A stretch of 64,000 bases of DNA, from assembly GCA_963786955.1 (NCBI GenBank), contig CAWBAT010000005.1, positions 864,001 through 928,000 on the forward strand, read 5' to 3'. The position numbers were made by a program, and so were the translations under genes. The notes beneath the pieces were generated by a model. It was not told the DNA's origin and searched no databases. It saw nothing but the letters and a program-made list of their open reading frames with translations. This DNA is from an uncultured Acidimicrobiia bacterium. Its GTDB lineage: Bacteria; Acidobacteriota; Terriglobia; Versatilivoradales; Versatilivoraceae. Below, one piece after another: positions 29,799-39,106 of the stretch; position 1 is the stretch's first letter, and every line of letters begins with the position of its first letter.

Positions 29799-30629
29799 TT
29801 ATGGCTTTGGTTGGAGAAACTCAAATTCAGAGATGTTCCAGTCTGTTCTCCCTTCTTTGACCGTCAACTTGGCTTCCTGACTCCCTGACCCGCGTTTCCC
29901 TTGGGTGACCCGAAAGATCCTGACCTTGACCTCCATTTCTCCTGGTTCTCTCTGCGTGAGGGTGTTGGGTTCATAGGCGACAAAATGTGGCTCTGAGGGT
30001 CCAAAGAGATACTTTTCCATTTCCTCCGCAGAACTGAAACGGCTTTGAAAATCCTGAGTTAATCGTAGACTTACTTGCTTAGCATTTCGGTTGATAAGAC
30101 CCTTCATAAACAATTTGGCTACTGAAAGGGCCTCTTTCCCGCGTTTTTCGCTGGCAACATTAAAAGGGAGGACTCGAGGGCGGGGAACAGTTTTTATGAA
30201 ATCAATCTCATCTGCAAGCCATTCGTCTTTTACTTTCACAAATTTAATCTTTTCGACCTGGGTGGCATACACGATCTCATTGAGATCGGCCCACAAACTT
30301 TCAACCTCAATTCGAAACTCCTTTTCTCCGGAATTGGAGATAGAAGAGGGTTCGAAGTTATAAGCGACAAGTCGGCCGCTTTTCACCCTGACGGAGAGAC
30401 GTTTATTGTGGAGGTATTGATTTTCCAAGTGGGCGGTCATCAACTTTCTTGCTTCTACATCGCTTTCTAATGTCCGGGCTTGAAAGAAGAGATCGACTGC
30501 AGCGCTCTGAGGGTCATTTCCCTTCTTTTCGCTCGCAGCAGTTGCGAGTCCACTGAGATAAAGAACAAAGGAAATGCCAGAGACGACCAAAATCAACCCG
30601 AACCTTGCCCAGTAATTCTTGATAATCAC
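29799..30629 (-). CDS. Hypothetical exported protein, possibly two NTF2-like repeats
   Basis: 276-aa ORF, N-terminal hydrophobic segment, GGAGG RBS, two ...W(L/N)xxE(I/F)xF ends. Confidence 0.65.
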   Translation of the reverse strand: MIIKNYWARFGLILVVSGISFVLYLSGLATAASEKKGNDPQSAAVDLFFQARTLESDVEARKLMTAHLENQYLHNKRLSVRVKSGRLVAYNFEPSSISNSGEKEFRIEVESLWADLNEIVYATQVEKIKFVKVKDEWLADEIDFIKTVPRPRVLPFNVASEKRGKEALSVAKLFMKGLINRNAKQVSLRLTQDFQSRFSSAEEMEKYLFGPSEPHFVAYEPNTLTQREPGEMEVKVRIFRVTQGKRGSGSQEAKLTVKEGRTDWNISEFEFLQPKP

Positions 30630-31110
30630 TTCAGACCTCCCTTGCCTGCCTAAGCCAATTCTGGCCTCGTTAATGAGCTAGCATAACATTGAACAGCCAC
30701 TGCTCCGAGCGGCAATTTGCTTGAGTACTGAGTACAGAAACGCTCACCGAAATCACTATCGTGCGCCGTGAAAACGTCCCAAACAAAACCTAAAGCGCGA
30801 AACTTGAAAGATCGTTTTTTTCTCAAAGTCATATCTCCAGTTCCAAGGACAAGGCTCAGAAGACATTGGGGCGAGTTTCCGGAACAATTGATGGCCTAAA
30901 GACAAACGTAAAGGATACTGTGGGGTAGCGGAGTCAGTTTCCGGAAATCCTATCTCGAGGGAGGATGGCAAGCAGTCACCGATACCGGACGGTTCGCCCT
31001 TCTTATGGGACCAAATTGACAGGCCTCCTGGTTTTAGTTAGAGTGTGTAGTCGTATTCATGCTCCGAGCTGGCTGCCAATCATCGATGGGCTTGGGTTTT
31101 CAAGGAATTC

Positions 31111-31719
31111 ATGCGAAAAATTAACGTCAGGCGTCTCTCCGAAGCATCGCTCCCAACTAAGTATGGGAAATTTCGAATATTGGGATATGAAACTCGATTT
31201 AACCATCATGAGACCCCTTATGTCGTGTTAGTCAAAGGGGATCTTAGCGCAGCGGCTGCCCCACTCGTCCGGATCCATTCCCAGTGCCTTACGGGAGATG
31301 TTTTCTCTTCGACCCGTTGCGACTGTGGCGAACAGCTAAAGCATGCGCTGCGGGCCATCAACCAGTCGGGTGAAGGGGTCGTGATTTACCATCCAGAAGA
31401 GGGGCGTGGAATTGGGTTGCTCAACAAGTTGATTGCTTACGAATTGCAAGATAAGGGGGCAGATACCGTGGAAGCAAACAGTGAATTAGGTTTTGGAGCC
31501 GATGAACGCGATTATGCAGCCTGTGCCGAAATTCTCAAAGATTTGGGCATTCAGAGGATTCGCCTTCTTTCGAATAACCCGGCTAAAGTCAAGTCACTCA
31601 GAGATTCTGGACTTGTCGTGGTGAAGCGTGTTTCGATTGAAGTTGCCCCGCACCGTTCAACGGCTCGCTATTTGAAAACCAAGAAGGAGAAGCTGGGACA
31701 CATCCTGACAAGAGTCTAA
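31111..31719 (+). CDS. ribA: GTP cyclohydrolase II
   Basis: VRIHSQCLTGDVF.S.RCDCG.QL, EGRGIGL.NK, LLSNNP.K. Confidence 0.95.
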   Translation: MRKINVRRLSEASLPTKYGKFRILGYETRFNHHETPYVVLVKGDLSAAAAPLVRIHSQCLTGDVFSSTRCDCGEQLKHALRAINQSGEGVVIYHPEEGRGIGLLNKLIAYELQDKGADTVEANSELGFGADERDYAACAEILKDLGIQRIRLLSNNPAKVKSLRDSGLVVVKRVSIEVAPHRSTARYLKTKKEKLGHILTRV

Positions 31720-31800
31720 ACCCCAGTCACTCCAACCATTCTCCAGTCTAGATTCCATTCACCCTCTTGACCCTATATGGCTGTTTGACCATTCCGACCT

Positions 31801-33246
31801 ATGAAAAAATGGTTGGTTCACTTTAGATTCAAGACCGTTGTGCTGATCACGCTCTTTGCGTCACTACTTGTATTTCTTCCATTGCTTTCCGAAACAAGCC
31901 ATCGAGTTGGGGGGAGCGATTTCCCCCGTGAACCCTCCCCCGTAGCCGCTCAAACCGGCAGCCCACAAGAAAACTCCTCACCCACTTCAAACCATACTGG
32001 ACAGGCAGCACTGATATTGCTTTCCCTGGTCGTGATTCTAATGGGGGCCAAGCTGGGGGGCGATGCCTTTGAGCGACTTCGCCAGCCCGCCGTCCTTGGT
32101 GAGCTTCTCTTTGGAGTCATTCTCGGCAATCTCTCGATCCTGGGGTTTCACGGGATGGATTACCTTAAAACCAACGAAGTCATCAGTACGTTAGCTGAAA
32201 TCGGAGTCATCTTCTTACTCTTCGAGGTCGGTTTGGAGTCCAATATCAAAGAGATGTTGGAAGTGGGAGCATCCTCCTTTTTGGTGGCCACGGTCGGTGT
32301 CATTTGCCCGATGATTTTGGGTTGGTGGATCAGCTCTATTTTTCTCCCCGAATCTGGCACTTTGGTTCATATATTTATTGGGGCTACGCTCTGTGCAACC
32401 AGTGTCGGGATTACCGCCAGAGTCCTAAAAGATCTCGGAAAGTCAAACCAGAAGGAAGCTCGGATCATCCTGGGGGCTGCGGTAATTGACGACGTCATGG
32501 GGTTGGTCGTATTGGCTGCTGTGAGCGGCATTATTAAGGCGGCCGACCGGGGTACTTTCGGAGTCTCTCCAGTCGAAATTGGAATCATCATCCTTAAAGC
32601 CACCTTATTTTTTGTAGCCTCTATTTGGTTGGGATCGAAGATCGCGCCGCAGTTGTTCAGACTCGCGTCGTTGCCCAGAATTCGCGGCATGCTTCTGATT
32701 ACGAGCATCAGTTTTTGCTTCTTTCTCTCATATCTTGCAAGCCTGATCGATCTCGCTCCGATTGTCGGGGCCTTTGCAGCCGGTTTAATACTTGATCCCG
32801 TTCATTACCAGGATTTACAGCGTCGTGAAAATAAAGGGATTGAGGAACTCATTCATCCCATTGTGTCATTTCTTGTTCCGATATTCTTCGTTCTGATGGG
32901 AGTTCGGGTCGAACTTCGGACATTTGCCGACCCCAGTATCTTGACCTTCGCCGTGATCTTGACGACCGTTGCCATTGTCGGAAAACAAGCATGTTCTTTG
33001 GGGGTATTGGAAAAGGGGCTCGACCGGCTTTCTGTTGGTATCGGAATGATTCCCCGAGGAGAGGTGGGATTGATTTTTGCCAGCATAGGGTCAACCCTGT
33101 TACTCAAGGGGAAACCGGTCATCATCAACTCGACCTACTCTGCCGTTGTGATCATGGTGATCTTGACGACTTTGGTGACACCACCGGTATTGAAGATATC
33201 CCTAGAACGTGGCGAGAAAATTAAAAAGAAAAAGGGAATTCAATAG
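31801..33246 (+). CDS. CPA2-family cation:proton antiporter
   Basis: QPAVLGEL, LFEVGLE, ATSVGIT, GAAVIDD, GMIPRGEVGL. Confidence 0.92.
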   Translation: MKKWLVHFRFKTVVLITLFASLLVFLPLLSETSHRVGGSDFPREPSPVAAQTGSPQENSSPTSNHTGQAALILLSLVVILMGAKLGGDAFERLRQPAVLGELLFGVILGNLSILGFHGMDYLKTNEVISTLAEIGVIFLLFEVGLESNIKEMLEVGASSFLVATVGVICPMILGWWISSIFLPESGTLVHIFIGATLCATSVGITARVLKDLGKSNQKEARIILGAAVIDDVMGLVVLAAVSGIIKAADRGTFGVSPVEIGIIILKATLFFVASIWLGSKIAPQLFRLASLPRIRGMLLITSISFCFFLSYLASLIDLAPIVGAFAAGLILDPVHYQDLQRRENKGIEELIHPIVSFLVPIFFVLMGVRVELRTFADPSILTFAVILTTVAIVGKQACSLGVLEKGLDRLSVGIGMIPRGEVGLIFASIGSTLLLKGKPVIINSTYSAVVIMVILTTLVTPPVLKISLERGEKIKKKKGIQ

Positions 33247-33255
33247 CCGCCTAAT

Positions 33256-33828
33256 TTGGCCGGTGGGACATTGACATCAGAGATTGCCCCTATGCAAGGA
33301 TGGTCAGCATCAAGAATTCTGTTTGCCGTTGGTTTGTTCACCGCTTGCTGCCTGTCTTTCTCTTGCTCTTCAACCCCTTCCCAGGGACCTGTTGCTCGTG
33401 GAGATATCGCCCCCGATTTCACTTGCAGCGACCAAGCGGGCAAGCAGCAGTGGCTTTCCGCCCTCCGCGGAAAGGTCGTGCTGGTCAATTTCTGGGCAAC
33501 TTGGTGTTCTCCCTGTCGTGAAGAGCTACCCTCCTTACAGGCGCTCCAAAAGAAATTCCCTTCGAACGATCTCGTAATTCTGGCGCTTAGCGTCGATGAT
33601 TCCTGGGGACCCATCAACAGGTTCATGGCACAAAATCAGTTCACGATCCCGGTGTATGCGGACTTTGACAAAAAGATCTCGAGTCGTTACGGGACAGTTA
33701 TGTATCCGGAGACCTATGTGGTCGACAAACAAGGTAGGGTTGCCTACAAAGTCGTAGGCGCGATCGACTGGACTTCATCGGAAATGTTAAAGTTTCTCAA
33801 CGTGCTGATCCTAGAAGGTAAACCATAA
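33256..33828 (+). CDS. TlpA/ResA-like thiol-disulfide oxidoreductase
   Basis: VNFWATWCSPCREE, YPETY; start may be ATG 33292. Confidence 0.9.
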   Translation: MAGGTLTSEIAPMQGWSASRILFAVGLFTACCLSFSCSSTPSQGPVARGDIAPDFTCSDQAGKQQWLSALRGKVVLVNFWATWCSPCREELPSLQALQKKFPSNDLVILALSVDDSWGPINRFMAQNQFTIPVYADFDKKISSRYGTVMYPETYVVDKQGRVAYKVVGAIDWTSSEMLKFLNVLILEGKP

Positions 33829-33845
33829 ACGGAACCCGGCAGTTC

Positions 33846-35282
33846 TCATCGGTCCCGGACGACCCCAAGTCCCGGTCCATTGAGTCCTCCGGTCTCAAAT
33901 CGCCCTTGGGACACCTTGAATATCCCCGGGAATTTGGCAACCCACTCCTGGTTGGCGGAGGGCACATATTGGCGACTGTTGGCTTCAATGGTTGAGACTC
34001 CGGGAATACGGGCTGCCATCCCTACGGAATGAACCAAGGATGCCCCCGGACAAGTGAGGTCCTGAACACACAGAAAAGACTTGGCCCTCTGCGCAACAGC
34101 AGCCATCAGAAGCGCATTGCTTTGGCCTTTGCAGACCTTTAGAGCAACGCCGCTGTAGCCGAGTTGGCGTGAAAGGTGAAAGCTTTCCAGATCAATCAGG
34201 GACTCATCGATGACCACGGGCATAATTGCCGCAACTTGATGCATATCGTTTTGCATATTCGATTTCAAGTCTCTGGCCGTCGGCTGCTCAATATACTGGA
34301 GACGCTGCAGGAATCCCGGGGATTGTCTTTTTACAGCATCCAGAAAGGCAAGTAAATAGTCCACATCCTTGCAGTGCTCATTAAAATCGCAGCAATACTT
34401 CCACTCCTTGCCCCCCCGCCGTGCCTCCGCCTCGGCAACTATTTTCTCTATGCTCACTACTCTTTCAACGTCTGCAGTCAAGTCGGCACCATTCAGTTTG
34501 ATCTTGAAATGAGTGATGGCCTCTTTCTCGATCCATTCGGCAAGGGTCTCGGGTAAATCGTCGTGAATTCGAAAGCGAAGATCCAGATCACTGAGGGGGT
34601 CTAAAGCCCCGACAGAGTGATATAGGGAGACGAAAGGTGTCGGAGTGCTCGAGATATACTTATCCAGATACTCTCCCGCAAATTCCGGTCCCAGATAGTG
34701 GCCGAGGTCATGGGCCATGAAGGCCGGTCCATAGCCAAGATAGCAGTTGATGGAGTTCGCTTTGCCAAAGGCATCATGAATGGCCGCATCAAAAGGGCTG
34801 GCCGTGACCAAAGTGCATAAGGCAGGGATGGGCTCAGCCAGATTCATTTCTGAAGACACGCAACGGGCCTCTTGAAGGTAGCTGGATTCGGATTCCCGTT
34901 GGATATCGATGGGGTGAGAATATTTCCGGTAATCAGAGAGCAACCCTTCAATCTTGGCAGCCAACTTTTTCATTGCTTCCAGCGACGCATCGTAGCTAAC
35001 CTCCTGCGAAGGGAAAGACCACAGATTCCCCAGGGGCATTGAGCCAAATCCAGAGGCCTCTTTTCCTGAGCCTGAGACGACCCGAACGGTGACGTTGAGC
35101 AGAGTGACCCGGTCAACCGTTCTACCCCCAAATTGAAAAGGAGAGCGGTACTTGTAGTCATCGAATTGGTGCTGGACGTCCAGAATGCGAATATGACCGG
35201 GGTGGAGTCGATTCGGGTCGGAGAAAACTTTCATGGAATCCGTTGCCAAGCTTGCAGCCTTTAGCGGCAGGGATATCTCCAA
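33846..35282 (-). CDS. Enolase/mandelate racemase superfamily protein
   Basis: FKIKL, DFNE, IEQP, IDES, ALK.CK metal/catalytic motifs. Confidence 0.8.
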   Translation of the reverse strand: MEISLPLKAASLATDSMKVFSDPNRLHPGHIRILDVQHQFDDYKYRSPFQFGGRTVDRVTLLNVTVRVVSGSGKEASGFGSMPLGNLWSFPSQEVSYDASLEAMKKLAAKIEGLLSDYRKYSHPIDIQRESESSYLQEARCVSSEMNLAEPIPALCTLVTASPFDAAIHDAFGKANSINCYLGYGPAFMAHDLGHYLGPEFAGEYLDKYISSTPTPFVSLYHSVGALDPLSDLDLRFRIHDDLPETLAEWIEKEAITHFKIKLNGADLTADVERVVSIEKIVAEAEARRGGKEWKYCCDFNEHCKDVDYLLAFLDAVKRQSPGFLQRLQYIEQPTARDLKSNMQNDMHQVAAIMPVVIDESLIDLESFHLSRQLGYSGVALKVCKGQSNALLMAAVAQRAKSFLCVQDLTCPGASLVHSVGMAARIPGVSTIEANSRQYVPSANQEWVAKFPGIFKVSQGRFETGGLNGPGLGVVRDR

Positions 35283-35330
35283 CGCTCCCTCACGGAGACA
35301 GTCCTTGCAGTTTATCCAATGATTCCGCTT

Positions 35331-36230
35331 TCAGTGAGCGATATCACGATGGCTAACCTTCGTTTTTAGACCCCGAGAGGATAGCATTCCATTCAATTCG
35401 TTGGCGATCATGACCGAACGGTGCTTGCCCCCAGTGCAGCCCACCGAGATGGTCAAATAGCTTTTGCCTTCGATCATGTAATTCGGGATCAAAAATAGCA
35501 AAAGCTCGGAAAGGCGGCGGATCAATTCAATTGATTGGGAAAAAGACCTGATATAGTCGATGACTTCTTTGTCTTGCCCAGTTTTACTTTTCAAGCGTCT
35601 CACAAAATTGGGATTGGGAAGAAAACGGACATCAAACATCAGATCTGATTCCAGAGGGATACCATACTTGAAGCCGAAGCTAATGAGAGAAATCAACAGA
35701 GGAGAAGCTGAGGTTTTTCGATGAAATTTATCTGCGATAAAACGTCGCAGTTCATGGACATTGAATTGGCTAGTATCAATGACGGTATCCGCCAATTTCT
35801 TGAGGGGCCGTAAGCGTCGTCGTTCTTCGCGGAGGGCTATCCCGATCGGTTTGTCGTGGGTCAGAGGGTGTGGGCGTCGTGTTTCACTGTAGCGCCGGAT
35901 GAGGGAGTCATTCGAGGACTCCAGAAAAATCAAATTCACTTGCAGTTCCGATTTCTTGAGCTTTTGAAACACTTTGGGAAATCTGAGGAGTTCCTTCCCT
36001 TCGCGAACATCAATGACAATGGCTGCCGGTCTCGTTTTGGTCCCGGCTCCCTGTGAGAACTCGGCAAATTTTGAGACAAAATCTAACGGAAGGTTGTCGA
36101 CACAAAAATAACCCATATCCTCAAAGGCATTGAGAACGGTCCCTTTGCCCGACCCACTGAGGCCCGTGATAATGGCAAACGGCGTCTTGTCCGATTCCAA
36201 TTCCTCTTTCATAAATTCATGAGGGCTCAA
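35331..36230 (-). CDS. rapZ: RNase adapter RapZ/YvcJ
   Basis: [42 protein letters not shown]. Confidence 0.95.
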   Translation of the reverse strand: MSPHEFMKEELESDKTPFAIITGLSGSGKGTVLNAFEDMGYFCVDNLPLDFVSKFAEFSQGAGTKTRPAAIVIDVREGKELLRFPKVFQKLKKSELQVNLIFLESSNDSLIRRYSETRRPHPLTHDKPIGIALREERRRLRPLKKLADTVIDTSQFNVHELRRFIADKFHRKTSASPLLISLISFGFKYGIPLESDLMFDVRFLPNPNFVRRLKSKTGQDKEVIDYIRSFSQSIELIRRLSELLLFLIPNYMIEGKSYLTISVGCTGGKHRSVMIANELNGMLSSRGLKTKVSHRDIAH

Positions 36231-36753
36231 TCAGGCCAAAATTTCCGTCTTTCCGCTTATAGACGACACTGACCTTGTCGGATTCCGCATCTCGAAAAAC
36301 CAGAAAATCGGATTTTGAACTGGTGACCTCGAGCACGGCTTCCTCGACGGTCATGGGTTTGGGCGCATACGATTCGGATCGGATGATCCTCGGCTGCTCG
36401 GGATTGGCGCGATTGCGTTCGATAACACCGAGTGGGCGACCACTATTTCCTGAAGATAATTTCCTTTTTTTGGCGATTTTCCGGTCTTTGGCTTTGAGGG
36501 CTTGGCGCTCGATCTTTACTAGAACGGCATTAATCGAAGAATACATGTCATTGGTTTCTTCCAACCCGTTGAGCTTAAAAGAAGTCGATTTTAAATTGAT
36601 CTCAGCAATATGTCTGTATTTCTCCACCGTTAAAATCGCATGAACCTCGATGCTTTCACCCAGGAGTTTCCTTATTTTTTTCAGATGATCTTCTGTGAAC
36701 TTCTGGATGGCTGGCGTGACCTCTATCTGTCTGCCGGTATATTCAACTCGCAT
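36217..36753 (-). CDS. hpf: Ribosome hibernation promoting factor (long HPF)
   Basis: MRVEYTGRQIEVT, DMYSSI, KPMTVEEA, VYKRKDGNFGLI; downstream of rpoN. Confidence 0.92.
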   Translation of the reverse strand: MRVEYTGRQIEVTPAIQKFTEDHLKKIRKLLGESIEVHAILTVEKYRHIAEINLKSTSFKLNGLEETNDMYSSINAVLVKIERQALKAKDRKIAKKRKLSSGNSGRPLGVIERNRANPEQPRIIRSESYAPKPMTVEEAVLEVTSSKSDFLVFRDAESDKVSVVYKRKDGNFGLIEPS

Positions 36754-36863
36754 GAGAACCCTCCATGACGTTGAAGATGACAAAACCCATTCGGTAAGGA
36801 AAAAGAACTGCTGCTCATTCTCAAAGAAAAGATGATCTTCCGGTAAGCCTGGCTATCGGATGG

Positions 36864-38366
36864 TTATGGATCAACGGGGGGACTACACAACGGCTGTACA
36901 TTCTTGATTTTGACCCTTCGCTGGTGAGTGCTGGGGATCTTCATATCTTCACGATACTTGGCTACGGTTCGACGGGTGACCATGATTCCCTCGTCATTTA
37001 AAAGTTTCGTGATTTGCTCGTCGGTCAATGGTTTCGCTGGATCCTCATTCTCAATGAGCTTTCTCACTTTCCGTTTGGCTGTGAGCAAGGGGATATCCGT
37101 TCCCGCCGGACCCTGGACGGCTTCCGAGAAGAAATATCTGAGTTCATAGACCCCCTGGGGTGTATGCGCATATTTATTGGCCACGGCTCGACTGACGGTT
37201 GAGGGATGGACCCCGACTTCTTCCGCTATGTCTTTGATCATCATCGGGCGCAAATGATCAATCCCTCTGTCCAGAAAATCTTTCTGGCGAATCACAATCG
37301 ATTCGCAAACTTTTAGAATAGTTTGCTTGCGCTGCTCAATGTTCTTGATGAACTGCAGGGCTGAGGAGTACCGCTCTTTGACATAATCTCTGACTTCCCG
37401 AGAGGCTCCATCTTTATCAATCATCTTCTTATAGGACCCATTCAACCGCAATTGAGGGACATCATCTTCGTTCATCACCACGGAATAACCCTCATCATTT
37501 TTCACAATGTGAATATCTAACTCGATCTGGCGCGTTTCCGCCTTGTTGTAACGTTGCCCGGGGCGAGGATCCAATTTCTTGATGATATCGAGTTGAGCCA
37601 GGATGACATTCAGGGGGCGTCCTAGAATCCGGGCGATCTCCTGATATTGCTTATTCTGCAAATGCTTCAAATGATGCTTGACGATCTCTGCGGCAATCGT
37701 CTCTTCCCCCTCCAGATGTTTCAACTGGATGAGAAGGCACTCGCTCAAATCCCGTGCGGCAATCCCAGACGGGTCAAAAGTCTGAACCAGGCTCAATGCT
37801 TCGCTGACATCTTCAAGAGTATGCCCACCGGTCGTCGCAATCTCCTCCAATAGGGCGGTTAGATAACCATCTTCATTGAGATTGCCAATGATTGAGATGG
37901 CGGCCTCTTTGATTTCCGGATGAATCAAACAGAGATTGAGTTGCCATTGCAAATGGTCATAGAGGGTTGTCTTCTTTGCCAGAAAACTTTCAAAAGACGG
38001 CCGTTCAATTTCTTCGCTCGGCATTTGGGTCCGGAAACCAGGATCCAAGTACTCGTCGAAAAAGTTGTGATAGTCGATTTGTTCAAAAGGATCATCGTGC
38101 TTGCCGATCGCTTCTTTGCCAACATCGATGATTTCCTTGTCCGCTGGTTCTCCGACACGTTCCTCTTTGCTGTGAGCTTCTTCAGCGGCGGTTGGGGTAG
38201 GTTCGGCGACTTCTTCAAGAACAGGGTTCTCCATCAACTCTTGAGAGATCATTTCGGAGAGTTCCAACTTATTTAAAGCCAATACACTGACCATCTGGAC
38301 CAAGCCAGGAGTCAGGATTTGCTTTTGTGACAACTTAACATTGAGTCGCTGTTCCAAAAATGCCAT
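36864..38366 (-). CDS. rpoN: RNA polymerase sigma-54
   Basis: Region I, DPSGIAARDL.ECL, HPSTVSRA, RpoN box RRTVAKYR. Confidence 0.96.
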   Translation of the reverse strand: MAFLEQRLNVKLSQKQILTPGLVQMVSVLALNKLELSEMISQELMENPVLEEVAEPTPTAAEEAHSKEERVGEPADKEIIDVGKEAIGKHDDPFEQIDYHNFFDEYLDPGFRTQMPSEEIERPSFESFLAKKTTLYDHLQWQLNLCLIHPEIKEAAISIIGNLNEDGYLTALLEEIATTGGHTLEDVSEALSLVQTFDPSGIAARDLSECLLIQLKHLEGEETIAAEIVKHHLKHLQNKQYQEIARILGRPLNVILAQLDIIKKLDPRPGQRYNKAETRQIELDIHIVKNDEGYSVVMNEDDVPQLRLNGSYKKMIDKDGASREVRDYVKERYSSALQFIKNIEQRKQTILKVCESIVIRQKDFLDRGIDHLRPMMIKDIAEEVGVHPSTVSRAVANKYAHTPQGVYELRYFFSEAVQGPAGTDIPLLTAKRKVRKLIENEDPAKPLTDEQITKLLNDEGIMVTRRTVAKYREDMKIPSTHQRRVKIKNVQPLCSPPVDP

Positions 38367-38374
38367 GGAAATCC

Positions 38375-39106
38375 CTACTCCAATCGAAAACCTTCACCTA
38401 GGTAAAGCTTCCTCACTTCAACGTCGGCGGCAAGCTCTGCCGGGCTGCCAGAGCGAAAGATTTGCCCTTCATTGATAATGTACGCAGTATCGGTCACTTT
38501 AAGTGTTTCACGCACATTGTGGTCCGTAATCAAGATTCCAATCTGCTTTGACTTGAGGTGGTTGATAATCCGCTGAATGTCCAGGACAGCGATCGGGTCA
38601 ATCCCGGCAAATGGTTCATCCAGTAAAATAAAAGAGGGGGAAATGACCAGCGAACGTGCAATCTCGACCCTCCGTCTTTCGCCCCCCGAGAGCATAAATC
38701 CTTGATTCTTGCAAACATGCCGCAACCCCAGTTCTTCAATCAGTTCGTCCAGTCGTTCTCTCCGCTGTTTTCCATTGAGTGGCAACGTCTGCAGAATTGC
38801 CAGGATGTTTTCTTCGACAGATAACTTTCGGAAAATCGATGGCTCTTGAGGGAGATAACTGATCCCGCTTCTCGCCCGGAGGAACATGGGCAAATACGTA
38901 ATGTCTCGCTCATCAAGGTAAACTCTACCTTTCTCCGGCGCCGTCAACCCGACAATAATATAAAAGGTCGTCGTTTTTCCGGCTCCATTTGGACCTAAAA
39001 GTCCGACAACTTCGCCTTGTCGAATCCCGAGACTGACCTCATTGACAACTCTGCGCCCCCGATACGTCTTGACTAAATTCTCCGTTTTCAAGATCTGCAT
39101 CATCAC
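38375..39106 (-). CDS. lptB: LPS export ABC ATPase
   Basis: [44 protein letters not shown]. Confidence 0.95.
   Translation of the reverse strand: MMMQILKTENLVKTYRGRRVVNEVSLGIRQGEVVGLLGPNGAGKTTTFYIIVGLTAPEKGRVYLDERDITYLPMFLRARSGISYLPQEPSIFRKLSVEENILAILQTLPLNGKQRRERLDELIEELGLRHVCKNQGFMLSGGERRRVEIARSLVISPSFILLDEPFAGIDPIAVLDIQRIINHLKSKQIGILITDHNVRETLKVTDTAYIINEGQIFRSGSPAELAADVEVRKLYLGEGFRLE

Noticed and set aside
30630-31110. FMN riboswitch upstream of ribA (and preQ1 upstream of queC)
   Set aside because: Conserved aptamer sequences not found by eye
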